Below are positions 41,110 to 50,582 of a stretch of 61,309 bases of DNA, piece by piece. The DNA comes from a virus. Its lineage: Duplodnaviria > Caudoviricetes. Position 1 is the stretch's first letter; the number at the start of each line of letters is the position of its first letter. A program made the position numbers and the translations under genes. The DNA lies in the IMG/VR virus record IMGVR_UViG_3300025154_000095, positions 1-61,309 of that record, one strand, 5' to 3'. The notes under the pieces were generated by a model, which worked only from the letters and a program-made list of their open reading frames with translations, was not told the origin of the DNA and did not search any database.

Positions 41110-41275
41110 GTTACACTCCTCTCCCCTGCTTTATCGCTAATCGTGGTTGTAATCGCCATATCATACCGCCCTCACATAGCTTGGTAATATCTCTAAAATA
41201 TATCATTTAAACTCCTAAAATATTTATATTCTATATTATAACGGATAAAATTGTAATTTACACCCCTAAAACCAA

Positions 41276-41300
41276 AAAGACCGAGCAAAGCTCGGTCTTT
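41276..41300 (-). terminator. Terminator after phage B capsid gene
   Basis: AAAGACCGAGC-AAA-GCTCGGTCTTT perfect stem with T-run. Confidence 0.8.
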
Positions 41301-41319
41301 GTTTTGTTAATGCTTACTC

Positions 41320-42477
41320 TTACCCGATTACGTTACAGGTAGTTACAATGTTTCCAGTGAATTTAGAAGTAAATGCACTGTGAGCACAAGCATGTTTGAT
41401 AACCAAAGCTGTCTTAGCCCATACCTCGAAAGCTACAGAGGTACAACCGGGGGCTAAATCTCGATAGGTCAATGGGAACTGATCTACACGATACACCAAA
41501 GGATCACCATTGTGTGTCATACGCAAACCGTAAAGGGTAGAAGTAAATGTTCCACCACCAGCATCTGCACGATCAAAGTTGTAATCGGAAACTACAACTA
41601 AACGACCAATACCAGTGTTCACAAACCCAGCAAAGTTAAATCCGGGGGTAACACGATTCCCATCAGAGAAGTTCACAACCTGAGAACCAGCAAAGCCTAA
41701 TTGGAAATATCCTGATAACATTTCCTGAATAGCTGAGGGGTGTCCATAGATGTGAGTTGGTTTTGCACAACCTTCTGATAAGAAACGATCAAAGTTAGCT
41801 GCGGAGAATGTAGCACCAGATGTTGAATTACTCAGGTTATTATGGAACGTAACAGACATATCTCCCTGCCAGTTCTGAATACCAGAGAATTCTAATGCGT
41901 TGTCGCCTGAATCTCCATCAACCAATAATCGATCCCAACCGTTCATAACTAAGGTGGCTGCTAAACGAACTTCTTTTTCCTTTAAGCCCATAACTTGCTC
42001 GGACATAAATGAACCAAAGTCTGCTCCACCGGGCATACCTGCTGAACTAGCTTGCCCACCAAGTAACCGATTGATTCCGTTCCATCCAGCTGCTGAAACA
42101 GCCATTGAATGTCGAATATCACTTTCGGTTAATGATTTCTTAGCACCGATGTTCTTTAAAGTAACCGTAAGGTTACTACCACTGTGGTTGTATTCCTCTG
42201 GGCACTCGCCATCTGCAAAAGCAATATAGCTAGAACCAGAAGCAAACTGCAACGCACTCATTTCACGCCAATATTCCTGTTTAAGCATAGTGCTTTTTGA
42301 GGGGATAGTCTGCAAAGCAGTTACTTCCTCGCACATAGCTAACAGTTCTGTAGTATCTAATGGTTGGGGGAACTGACCAGTGAAATCACCGGGAGTAGCA
42401 ACATTAGTAACTACGGGATCAGTGGCTTTGCTTTGAAAAGCTCCACCCTCTGCTAAATCTAAAATTTGTTCGCTCAT
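41320..42477 (-). CDS. Major capsid protein (phage B)
   Basis: 385 aa after protease/scaffold; L..GD......EF.GI motif. Confidence 0.8.
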   Translation of the reverse strand: MSEQILDLAEGGAFQSKATDPVVTNVATPGDFTGQFPQPLDTTELLAMCEEVTALQTIPSKSTMLKQEYWREMSALQFASGSSYIAFADGECPEEYNHSGSNLTVTLKNIGAKKSLTESDIRHSMAVSAAGWNGINRLLGGQASSAGMPGGADFGSFMSEQVMGLKEKEVRLAATLVMNGWDRLLVDGDSGDNALEFSGIQNWQGDMSVTFHNNLSNSTSGATFSAANFDRFLSEGCAKPTHIYGHPSAIQEMLSGYFQLGFAGSQVVNFSDGNRVTPGFNFAGFVNTGIGRLVVVSDYNFDRADAGGGTFTSTLYGLRMTHNGDPLVYRVDQFPLTYRDLAPGCTSVAFEVWAKTALVIKHACAHSAFTSKFTGNIVTTCNVIG

Positions 42478-42498
42478 AATAATTACTCCTGTAAAATA

Positions 42499-43941
42499 TT
42501 AAAGTCTTGTTCGTGGAGTTTGACTTTTAGTTGTTCCTCTAATCATAGCTGCCAACTTTGGGGTTGGGCTATTATTACTTACTTCTGACTTAATAGCAAG
42601 ATCATTAGAACTCATTCCACGAGGTTTCGGGATATAAACTCCCTTGTTTACTGTATTTTGTGATTCAACTACAGTATTCCATTGTTCAGTAATCTTTGCC
42701 AACTTCTCTGCTAATGGGGCTATGGCTTTCTCTATAATGCGTTCAATGCTTTCATTCGAGCTAGAGGTTTGTGCTTCGGATTTTGCTTCACTCTTGGGTT
42801 TAACATTTTCCAAAATCGCTTCTCCCACCGCATCTATTCCACTCTGTATAGCCTGTAAGCGTTCATCAACTGTTTCATAGTTCTCAATAGCTGAGTCATA
42901 TAGACTTTTAAGGTTCATAAGGGATTCATCCAAAGGATGAGATTCCACTTTTTGTACCAATTCAACCCTATTATCCAACTTATTAATAACTAATTCAAGT
43001 TTTTCCTCTAATTTCTCTTGGAACTTAAGGGTCTTTTCCTGATATTCTGCAAAAGATGTGGCTTCTGCTTCAGACTTTTTAACTTTCTTGTCCTTTTCTT
43101 CTTCCTCATCCTCATCAGACTCTTCCTCAGAATCCTCCGTTGGTTTTTCTTCCTCTGTAGGTTTTTCCTCAGAATCCTCTTTCTCTAGTTCTTCTTTCTT
43201 TTTCTTAATAACCAGAGATTCTTCTGCCTTACCAATTAAACTGTGTTCAGTTTCCATTTCCTCAGCCAGTTCCTCACCTACGATTGTGGCTGCATCTTGT
43301 TTTCTAGTAGTCATGCTTTTTTCCTCCAAATCTAGTCCAAATTCAGTCCTTTGATTGCACGGTATTCTTGTTACTGCTAAGTGCACCAACTGACCGTCTA
43401 CATAGACTTTGTTTTCCATCCCCTTAGCACAGTAGGGACAGGAGTCTAATAAATTTTTTCTCTCAAACAATATATCACCGTGTTTATGAGCATAATCTAT
43501 AAAGCCTATGGAAATTCTTATCTTTTGCTCATATCCATCACCAGTTTCACTATACAGACTTTTGCACACAGAATCAAATACTTTTATTCCAATGGGGTTA
43601 TTAGAAAACTTACCTTTGGCTTTTAGCTTCTCCCCGTCTATGTATAAGTCCTCTACTATACCAGCAGCCCACTTACCATCTAAATCTAAATAGTGGGATA
43701 CACTTATATAGGGCATACCACCATCCCAGAATTTAGAAGCAAATGGAGCAGGTACTTTAACATCTGCTTTAGCTTTTTCTATAAAGGATTTAAATACTTC
43801 AAGGGACATTTTCTCTTTAGATAAATCTAAATCTGTATCACTAGCAACTGCTGACCATCTGCGTTCCTGTGTTGTTTTATCGAAAGAAGCCTTTGATATA
43901 TAAAATGTAAATTCAGACAATTGCATAAAGTTAACTCCCAA
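42499..43941 (-). CDS. Prohead protease-scaffold fusion
   Basis: ASDT..D...E, SIG, HLAVT..P.N; acidic coiled-coil C-terminus. Confidence 0.75.
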   Translation of the reverse strand: MGVNFMQLSEFTFYISKASFDKTTQERRWSAVASDTDLDLSKEKMSLEVFKSFIEKAKADVKVPAPFASKFWDGGMPYISVSHYLDLDGKWAAGIVEDLYIDGEKLKAKGKFSNNPIGIKVFDSVCKSLYSETGDGYEQKIRISIGFIDYAHKHGDILFERKNLLDSCPYCAKGMENKVYVDGQLVHLAVTRIPCNQRTEFGLDLEEKSMTTRKQDAATIVGEELAEEMETEHSLIGKAEESLVIKKKKEELEKEDSEEKPTEEEKPTEDSEEESDEDEEEEKDKKVKKSEAEATSFAEYQEKTLKFQEKLEEKLELVINKLDNRVELVQKVESHPLDESLMNLKSLYDSAIENYETVDERLQAIQSGIDAVGEAILENVKPKSEAKSEAQTSSSNESIERIIEKAIAPLAEKLAKITEQWNTVVESQNTVNKGVYIPKPRGMSSNDLAIKSEVSNNSPTPKLAAMIRGTTKSQTPRTRL

Positions 43942-44263
43942 TAACTATGTTCATAAAAGAGGATTCCCATCCTCTAAATATTAGATAGCCAATAAACGAC
44001 ATTACACATCCCGTAACCACAAATTCCAGAATGGGAATCCCTATAGATATTATAGTAAATTTAAACAGCCAAGACAACACCGAAAAACTCCATACCCCCA
44101 AGCAAAGATAACAGTCTAATAAGTCCACAAAAGAATGAATTTGAAGTTTCTTATCCAGCCATCTGGCTATACCATACGAAAGTGGCTGTTTTTTAAACAG
44201 CCACATAAGTAAATACCCTAAACCTAACAGTAAAAAGAAATTTACTACCGGACTAGAAGCCAA
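43931..44263 (-). CDS. Small membrane protein (C..C.G.W, DUF1360-like)
   Basis: TM segments; LLDCYLCLGVW. Confidence 0.45.
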   Translation of the reverse strand: MASSPVVNFFLLLGLGYLLMWLFKKQPLSYGIARWLDKKLQIHSFVDLLDCYLCLGVWSFSVLSWLFKFTIISIGIPILEFVVTGCVMSFIGYLIFRGWESSFMNIVIGS

Positions 44264-44476
44264 GATACTCTCCTACCTTCGGGTAGGGATTCTAAAACAT
44301 CAAATTTGAAAATCTTCCACCCTTCTTTTAGGAATGAGTTAATATAGTTTTCTGCCTGATCTACCGTAATAAGACCTGCCCCAGATGGAACAGCTCCGAT
44401 AGTTCGTAAAATAAATTTTATCTCTTTGTAATCCATATCAATATTCTCCAATATATTCAATTTTTCAAATCCTTCA

Positions 44477-44842
44477 CTAGGAAATGTTTCCTGCTGTACT
44501 TCCTTTTTTACTGGCATTTTTCCTCCGTTTTCTATCTTCTGGTTTATATTCAAATACTGCTTCATATTCTACTTCTTTATACAGAATGAGTTCTTTTTGC
44601 TCATCATCCTCATATTCATCTTCCCTATCGAATTCATACAAGGTAAGAAATTCCTCATTCTTTAAAATACTTCTACTACCATCTTCATGGATTAAAATCC
44701 AATCCCTTGGGTCTAAGACATATAATCCTTTATTTATTGTTATATATCCTTTTCCATCTCGAATTGTTACTCCACGTATAGGAGTCCCATTCCACTGTTT
44801 AGCCTTTACTACTTCTGAAATTCTTTTGTAATACTTACTCAT
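44477..44842 (-). CDS. Hypothetical phage protein
   Basis: VKAKQW...DWIL...G......EEF...YE pattern. Confidence 0.5.
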   Translation of the reverse strand: MSKYYKRISEVVKAKQWNGTPIRGVTIRDGKGYITINKGLYVLDPRDWILIHEDGSRSILKNEEFLTLYEFDREDEYEDDEQKELILYKEVEYEAVFEYKPEDRKRRKNASKKGSTAGNIS

Positions 44843-45375
44843 AATTTCTCCACTGGTATCAACGCACCAAGTCCGTTATTTTCCTCTGATAAATCCTCAT
44901 ATCTCCACCTAGGATTTCTTTCAACAAACTTCTTTATGGCATCAGTCATTGGGTTATATTTTCCACTCATCCAAGTATCATGGAACATCCAGATAGTCTT
45001 ATCATGGGAAATATTTTTCCAAACTTCTAATTCCTTTTCCATAATGTTATAGTTATGCTCTGTGTCTATAAAGATAACATCTGCTAATTTATTTTTAGCT
45101 ATATCTTGAACTTTCTGTAGAGTTTCTAACTTTCTACTATCACCCAGTACCAAATGCCACCAAGAACCTACTGGTCTATACTCTGGGATAATAACATCTT
45201 CAAGATCAACACTAATGTAAAGTTTATTCTTTCTACGGTTTTCTTCCATCAATTTCTTAAAGACAGTAGTAGAGCCATCACCAAAGGCACATCCTATCTC
45301 TAGGATAAAATCAGCCCCTTTTGTCCTGTCTGCAAGAATAGGTAGTAATAATTTTATATCATCCCTAATTAACAT
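44839..45375 (-). CDS. Class I SAM-dependent methyltransferase (Methyltransf_24-like)
   Basis: ILEIG...G.ST, GDS, IFIDTEH.Y, FHDT. Confidence 0.85.
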   Translation of the reverse strand: MLIRDDIKLLLPILADRTKGADFILEIGCAFGDGSTTVFKKLMEENRRKNKLYISVDLEDVIIPEYRPVGSWWHLVLGDSRKLETLQKVQDIAKNKLADVIFIDTEHNYNIMEKELEVWKNISHDKTIWMFHDTWMSGKYNPMTDAIKKFVERNPRWRYEDLSEENNGLGALIPVEKL

Positions 45376-47616
45376 TTAATCTCCGTACCAAAACTCAAAG
45401 TTATTTGACCTAGCTAAATTCTCTAACTCAGCTTTCTGGTATATTATATCACACATACAATGTGGATGGGCAAGGGGGTGTAATACTTTACCAAATGCCC
45501 CATCGTATTGGTAATCCATACTTACCCAACCTAAGTCCTGATTTGGTATACAGTGTTCTTGGCAGGGCTCTTGGCTCGTTGTAATCCAATGTTTTTCTGT
45601 CAAACCAACCATAGCTATAGAATCAAATTTAGCCATTCTATCCATAGTTTCAGTTTCATAGGTTGTTGTAGTTTCTACCCTAGAATTCATTTTATTAAAT
45701 AGCCATGTAGCAAACAAAGCAATTGCCATATCAACTATTTTTGAGTCATTGAAAATTTCCTCTGTGCTCTTACCAGCACTGTATAAAGTATCTACCTCTG
45801 CTGAAAAAGCCAGATCATAAAACACAGAAGCTATGGTTTCAGCCAAATAGAATTGTGTTCCCTGATTTAGAGCTACTTCCAGTTCATTGGCTAGTAGCCT
45901 GATAGCAGCTAATACACTTGTGTTCTTCAAATCAAAAGAGGAAAAGTCATCTGGAATGTCATACCCAAGACCAACCAAATAAGCATAGAATTCTTTTTGT
46001 TGCTCAATAGCTGCTTCTGTATATATGTCTAAATACAATTGATAAAGAGAATCTCTTTCACTTGCTGTTAGAGATAATCTCCACCAAGGGTAAGAATTTA
46101 GGTGTTCCTCTAACCTTTTCAAATTAATGTTAGCTCGCTTTACATTACTGGACATAAGTGTTTCAAGGTCATTCATCAAGAAAGCATATATCTGTTTGTA
46201 GCTTTCTTTAAACCCATCTACTATCTTATTTCCCAAAGTATTGAACTTATTTTGTAAAAAATCCCGTACCTCATTCTCAGCAATCTTGGTTATCATTTTG
46301 TTTGTAACTTCCCCATGACCGCCTAAAGACGGATTTACGGGATCACCAAGAGTTCCCGGTCTTTTAGCTGTAGTTGCTTCCGTGTCAAGATTATCGGACA
46401 GCTTTGATTCTGGTATTTCATCTGGAATAGGAATAGTCACTAGCCCATCAGCTATTGCCTGTAAACGTGCTTCCTCTGGAGTAAGAATTTTATTCTTAAC
46501 CAATAATTCAAAAGCTGTAGCGTTTGAAAGTCTGGCTCTACCCAAAGATACATTCAATTCTTCTTCATAATCAACCCAATTGAATTCCAAATGTGCAGGA
46601 ATAATAGAATTAAAGAATGAGCGTAGCTTTAGCTTTAGTACCGCCAAACCAGTTCTACGAGTTTTACGTTCTGATCGTATAGTACCCGATAAGGTTTCAC
46701 CACCATTACCAGAAGCTGTAAACCCAATATCACTCAAAGTCAAACCATAGCCAGCAGCTACAATAGAAGCATACTTTGTGGTTATTCCATCAAACATAAT
46801 TTCTGTTGGGGGCTTAGTAAATGGTATCCACTTTACTGCTGAGTTGTGTTCATACAAAACAGGAATCTTGAAAGCATTTACACCACTCATCAATTCCCTA
46901 AAACCATCAACCCATTCTTTGGCTGTGGTCTTTTCCATATCACCCAAATCAAGAATACCTGCCTGTGGGGTATCTAACAAAAGATTTGCATAATATTGAT
47001 CTCCACGCCATAGTAATTCAAGAGCCAGATAAATCTTTTCAGGTGGGGCCATTCCCCAGCCTTCTCTTTCAATTTCTGGTCTGGGGGTCAGATATGTTCT
47101 TGCTATAGCATGATCTGGAAAGCTAATCATTTTTGAAGCATTGTAGGGGCTTTTCTGGATAACAGGGTAATCTAAGTCCAATGTAGGGTATAGAGTTGCC
47201 CCATCTAGGTTTTTAAGCCATTCTACACGACCTTCTGGCTTATCCCCATTTCTACCAACTTCGATTGCTCCCCCGAAAGGTAAATCCAGTAAGTCCTGTG
47301 CCACCAATTCTACAAGCCCAGAATAATCTATCCAACCACTATTTTCTAGTAACTTCGTATAGTAGTTAACTTCCTTTCCATACTCTTTCTTTGTAGCAGT
47401 ATCTCTAGGAGTAATAGCCCAATCTAAATATAAAATATTAGAAATCAATGTGTCCCTGCAAATCATAGCTATGGGTTGATTTCTAACTATATTTCTCCAC
47501 CGTGTACTATCGTACCAAGTAGGACTATTCCATTCTGGAAGAATCCTATATAAATACATTGGTAAACCTTCCGACCTTTGGTTTTCCTTCTTAGTTTGAA
47601 TTATTGTTCTAGCCAT
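45376..47616 (-). CDS. Portal protein with C-terminal MuF-like domain
   Basis: LDGATL.P, G..P.E portal motifs; K.W....PC..C..N...HPHCMC C-terminus. Confidence 0.8.
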   Translation of the reverse strand: MARTIIQTKKENQRSEGLPMYLYRILPEWNSPTWYDSTRWRNIVRNQPIAMICRDTLISNILYLDWAITPRDTATKKEYGKEVNYYTKLLENSGWIDYSGLVELVAQDLLDLPFGGAIEVGRNGDKPEGRVEWLKNLDGATLYPTLDLDYPVIQKSPYNASKMISFPDHAIARTYLTPRPEIEREGWGMAPPEKIYLALELLWRGDQYYANLLLDTPQAGILDLGDMEKTTAKEWVDGFRELMSGVNAFKIPVLYEHNSAVKWIPFTKPPTEIMFDGITTKYASIVAAGYGLTLSDIGFTASGNGGETLSGTIRSERKTRRTGLAVLKLKLRSFFNSIIPAHLEFNWVDYEEELNVSLGRARLSNATAFELLVKNKILTPEEARLQAIADGLVTIPIPDEIPESKLSDNLDTEATTAKRPGTLGDPVNPSLGGHGEVTNKMITKIAENEVRDFLQNKFNTLGNKIVDGFKESYKQIYAFLMNDLETLMSSNVKRANINLKRLEEHLNSYPWWRLSLTASERDSLYQLYLDIYTEAAIEQQKEFYAYLVGLGYDIPDDFSSFDLKNTSVLAAIRLLANELEVALNQGTQFYLAETIASVFYDLAFSAEVDTLYSAGKSTEEIFNDSKIVDMAIALFATWLFNKMNSRVETTTTYETETMDRMAKFDSIAMVGLTEKHWITTSQEPCQEHCIPNQDLGWVSMDYQYDGAFGKVLHPLAHPHCMCDIIYQKAELENLARSNNFEFWYGD

Positions 47617-47672
47617 TTATATAAGTCCTCCAAATAAATATAATAACACATAATAATATAATTATAATAGTC

Positions 47673-49172
47673 TTAAAGAGCGATAAATTCAATCTTACCC
47701 CACGAACTAGGTGGGGCTAAAATAGCAAAACACCCACTTACACAATCAACAAGATCATCATGCCTTACATCTGGGAAGTTTGCAAATTGATTTAGAAAAG
47801 CAGAGTTCCAAGAACCACGTACTAAGTAGACTAAACCAGCCTCGGCTTTGGCAAACCAAGGTTGTGATCTCATCACCTTATCTCCCATTGATCTTGGGTC
47901 ATGGGCTTTCACAGTAAATCCAGTAAGCTCAGGTATCATAGCTATTGCTGCTACCTGATTCTTTCCACCAGAAGCTGGCTCTTTCTCTATATAAATTGGA
48001 ACATCCTTTCCATCCATATAAGCTGTTTTTACTATAGCATCAACAATTCCTGACCAAGACTCTCTCACAACAACCTGATCTGCAATAATAAATTTTGAAT
48101 AGTCACGCATTAGCTTTGTTCCAACAGTATAGTCGGGTGAACCGCCCTTTTTTCCTACCACCATTTTCTTTTCTGTGGCTGCCATATCCCAATATCTAAC
48201 CTGTGTAACAGAACTCCTTGAAGCTCTGGCTATAAAGGGTTCTGAATCAAGTATCTTACCAGTAAACCAATCTCTATTGCCAAGTGAACCACCAGAACTA
48301 ACAAATTTACCAAACAGTTCCTGCTCTCGTAACCAACCATCTGCATAGGTAGCTAACTGCTGGGCATAAAAGCCGGGGTCTAGGTTAGCTTTGTTATCTT
48401 CAATACTTCCAAAGAAGAACTCTACAAATTTATTGTTAGGATACACAGAGGAAAACTCATCTAAAGCCTGTGGGTCTATTTCTTGTTTGATAAACAAATC
48501 ATACATCCAGTGATCTGTACCTTTAGGGGTAGCGGTAGCCCAAAGCTGAGGATATTCACCTACACGAACACAGGAAGAAGCTATCTGCCAACCAAGACCT
48601 GTTTGATCTCTACCAGCTTCATCATACCAAAGCCAATTTACATTAGCACCACGAGCAGACTCTGGGTCTTTCAAACCTTTACAAGTAACAGTAGCCCCAT
48701 TCAAGAAGTTTAGAGTAAAAGGCTGTGATGGACTCCAATCTGGGAATCCCCTATATCTATGCCTTTCTACTACCATCTCCCAAGGAATCCATTGTCTGAA
48801 CTCAACCCAAGTTGAATACTTAAAGTTTTCAAAGTCTGGGTTTAGAACCATTCCTGATTGCCCCTGACGAATTTTATTTATAGCTTTCTGGCTTCCCGAA
48901 CAAGTTTTTCCACTTCCTCTACCACCACTATATAAAGAGAGCTTTGCTGTACTGTGTATAAACTTTTCCTGTACTTCCGTTGCTCTAAACCTAGCCCCAT
49001 CAAATCTTTTGTAATATCCATTCTCATCCATGTTCCATAATTTGGATTTAGTTGAATAATCAACAGCTTGCTTTTGGTTAGGGACTTCTATTCCTCTGGA
49101 CTTCATTTCTGTCAAGAGGGCTACAAGCTGCTGTCGTTCTTCTTTGGTCATTTTACGTTGAACTTTAGTCAT
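47673..49172 (-). CDS. Terminase large subunit (phage B)
   Basis: GGRGSGKT, WYDEA, TATPKG, YWDMA, HDD.VD. Confidence 0.92.
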   Translation of the reverse strand: MTKVQRKMTKEERQQLVALLTEMKSRGIEVPNQKQAVDYSTKSKLWNMDENGYYKRFDGARFRATEVQEKFIHSTAKLSLYSGGRGSGKTCSGSQKAINKIRQGQSGMVLNPDFENFKYSTWVEFRQWIPWEMVVERHRYRGFPDWSPSQPFTLNFLNGATVTCKGLKDPESARGANVNWLWYDEAGRDQTGLGWQIASSCVRVGEYPQLWATATPKGTDHWMYDLFIKQEIDPQALDEFSSVYPNNKFVEFFFGSIEDNKANLDPGFYAQQLATYADGWLREQELFGKFVSSGGSLGNRDWFTGKILDSEPFIARASRSSVTQVRYWDMAATEKKMVVGKKGGSPDYTVGTKLMRDYSKFIIADQVVVRESWSGIVDAIVKTAYMDGKDVPIYIEKEPASGGKNQVAAIAMIPELTGFTVKAHDPRSMGDKVMRSQPWFAKAEAGLVYLVRGSWNSAFLNQFANFPDVRHDDLVDCVSGCFAILAPPSSWGKIEFIAL

Positions 49173-49707
49173 CTATTTCCTCATAGTCGGAATCAACAAC
49201 ATCTACCATATCAACCAAGACTTGAATTTCATCTTCTTCATACTGAGAAAGTAATTTATTGGCTGTTTCTGAAAGAGTAATGTTATCCATCTGGGCTATC
49301 TTTGCTAAGGCTTGTGGCAACCCACGTGTATTACGTTCAATCTCTACCCCTATTTTTATCATCTGCAAGGCTGTAGCTTCTTTATTGACTCCATGTTCTG
49401 CAAAGAATTCAAACCCCTGTTCCTGCAACTTCTTACCATATTCAGCCTGTCGTTTCAGCATTTCCACCTTTTCATGGATAGCAGCATCTTCAATTCTCTT
49501 TTTTACTTCCCTATCAAGTACCTCAGCCCTGTATTTCCAATTCTCTTTCCTTGACCAACTCTGAACAGTTAGTTTAGACGGGGTATTACCATACTCATCC
49601 TCTATAATAATCTTACCTACATCTCTTGGACACCCAGCCCTATACCATGCCAAGAATAGTGTGCTTTTATATTCATCTGAAAAGGTACGTGTTATGTCTT
49701 TTTCCAT
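49165..49707 (-). CDS. Putative terminase small subunit
   Basis: WS....W..RA motif; upstream of TerL. Confidence 0.6.
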   Translation of the reverse strand: MEKDITRTFSDEYKSTLFLAWYRAGCPRDVGKIIIEDEYGNTPSKLTVQSWSRKENWKYRAEVLDREVKKRIEDAAIHEKVEMLKRQAEYGKKLQEQGFEFFAEHGVNKEATALQMIKIGVEIERNTRGLPQALAKIAQMDNITLSETANKLLSQYEEDEIQVLVDMVDVVDSDYEEIDD

Positions 49708-49934
49708 AAGCCTAATTTTCTCTCTCTCAATTCTCTAAGAACTTCACCGCTCTTTATACTTCCAAGATTATGTGCCCAATCGTGGCACTCATTACATAGT
49801 GGTACTCTGTTATCTAACTCCATAGATTTCTTGCCAAGTATTCTTGGGCTTATCTCATGCACAACTCTGGTCTTTCTTCCACAACGTATACATCTTCCGT
49901 TGAATAAGAATAATACATAATCATGCTCGTTCAA
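49692..49934 (-). CDS. HNH endonuclease
   Basis: CIRC...VHE...N..PLCNECH. Confidence 0.8.
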   Translation of the reverse strand: MNEHDYVLFLFNGRCIRCGRKTRVVHEISPRILGKKSMELDNRVPLCNECHDWAHNLGSIKSGEVLRELRERKLGLWKKT

Positions 49935-50520
49935 GTATTTCCTTACACCTTCTCTGAACTGAGGCTGCCTCTTTAGCTATGTTATCAAGATAATATTTAG
50001 AAGCAAACTCAAATTCACTTGCTGTTGGTGGGGCATCTGGGTCTAAAGTTCCTCCTAAGTCTGGATTTCTCTTGGCATCGTAGATTTTAAAAAATCTTGA
50101 TTTACTCATAGCCATACCTAAAGCAGTACGAGTAAACTCCATTCCAGTTTCTGGGTTGAACACCCCATCAAAATATAACCTGTCCCTGACTAAACGCATA
50201 TTCCTGAACATGACCCAAGTACAAAACACCAAGTCTGGACTTATAACCCTAGTTTTCCTACTCTTTTCCTCTCTCTTTTCTTTTGTCCATTTCATTACAT
50301 AATTATACCATACACATACAAGCCACAGGCTGCGTGTAGTCGCTGCTCCAAATGGCTGCTGCGTCAACTTGTTAACATAAAATTCTATACCCGTTATAAC
50401 AATAGTTAATTAATATATATGTATTTTCCTTGGCAGGGTGGCTATATTGTAATTATATTTTTGAAATCGTGCAAGGATAAAACCGCTACAGTTAGTGACC
50501 AATTTTTTGCTATAAATACC

Positions 50521-50549
50521 TTGACAGAAAATGATATATGGTATTAGAA
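50521..50549 (+). promoter_or_regulatory. Early promoter of phage B
   Basis: TTGACA-17-TATTAG with TG extension at the strand-switch point. Confidence 0.6.
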
Positions 50550-50582
50550 TATATTATAAGCTAAAGATTAAAGAAAAGGAGA

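Larger units (their letters stand above)
39701..41147. repeat. Copy 2 of receptor-binding gene cassette
   Basis: Aligns with 1-1448. Confidence 0.95.

Noticed and set aside
41148-41320. Prophage attachment site / host boundary
   Set aside because: Both sides are phage, no integrase is seen, and the junction coincides with the end of the shared cassette
50320-50380. Repeat family with 54615-54650 (AGCCACA, GTTAACATAA)
   Set aside because: Matches are too short and inconsistently oriented
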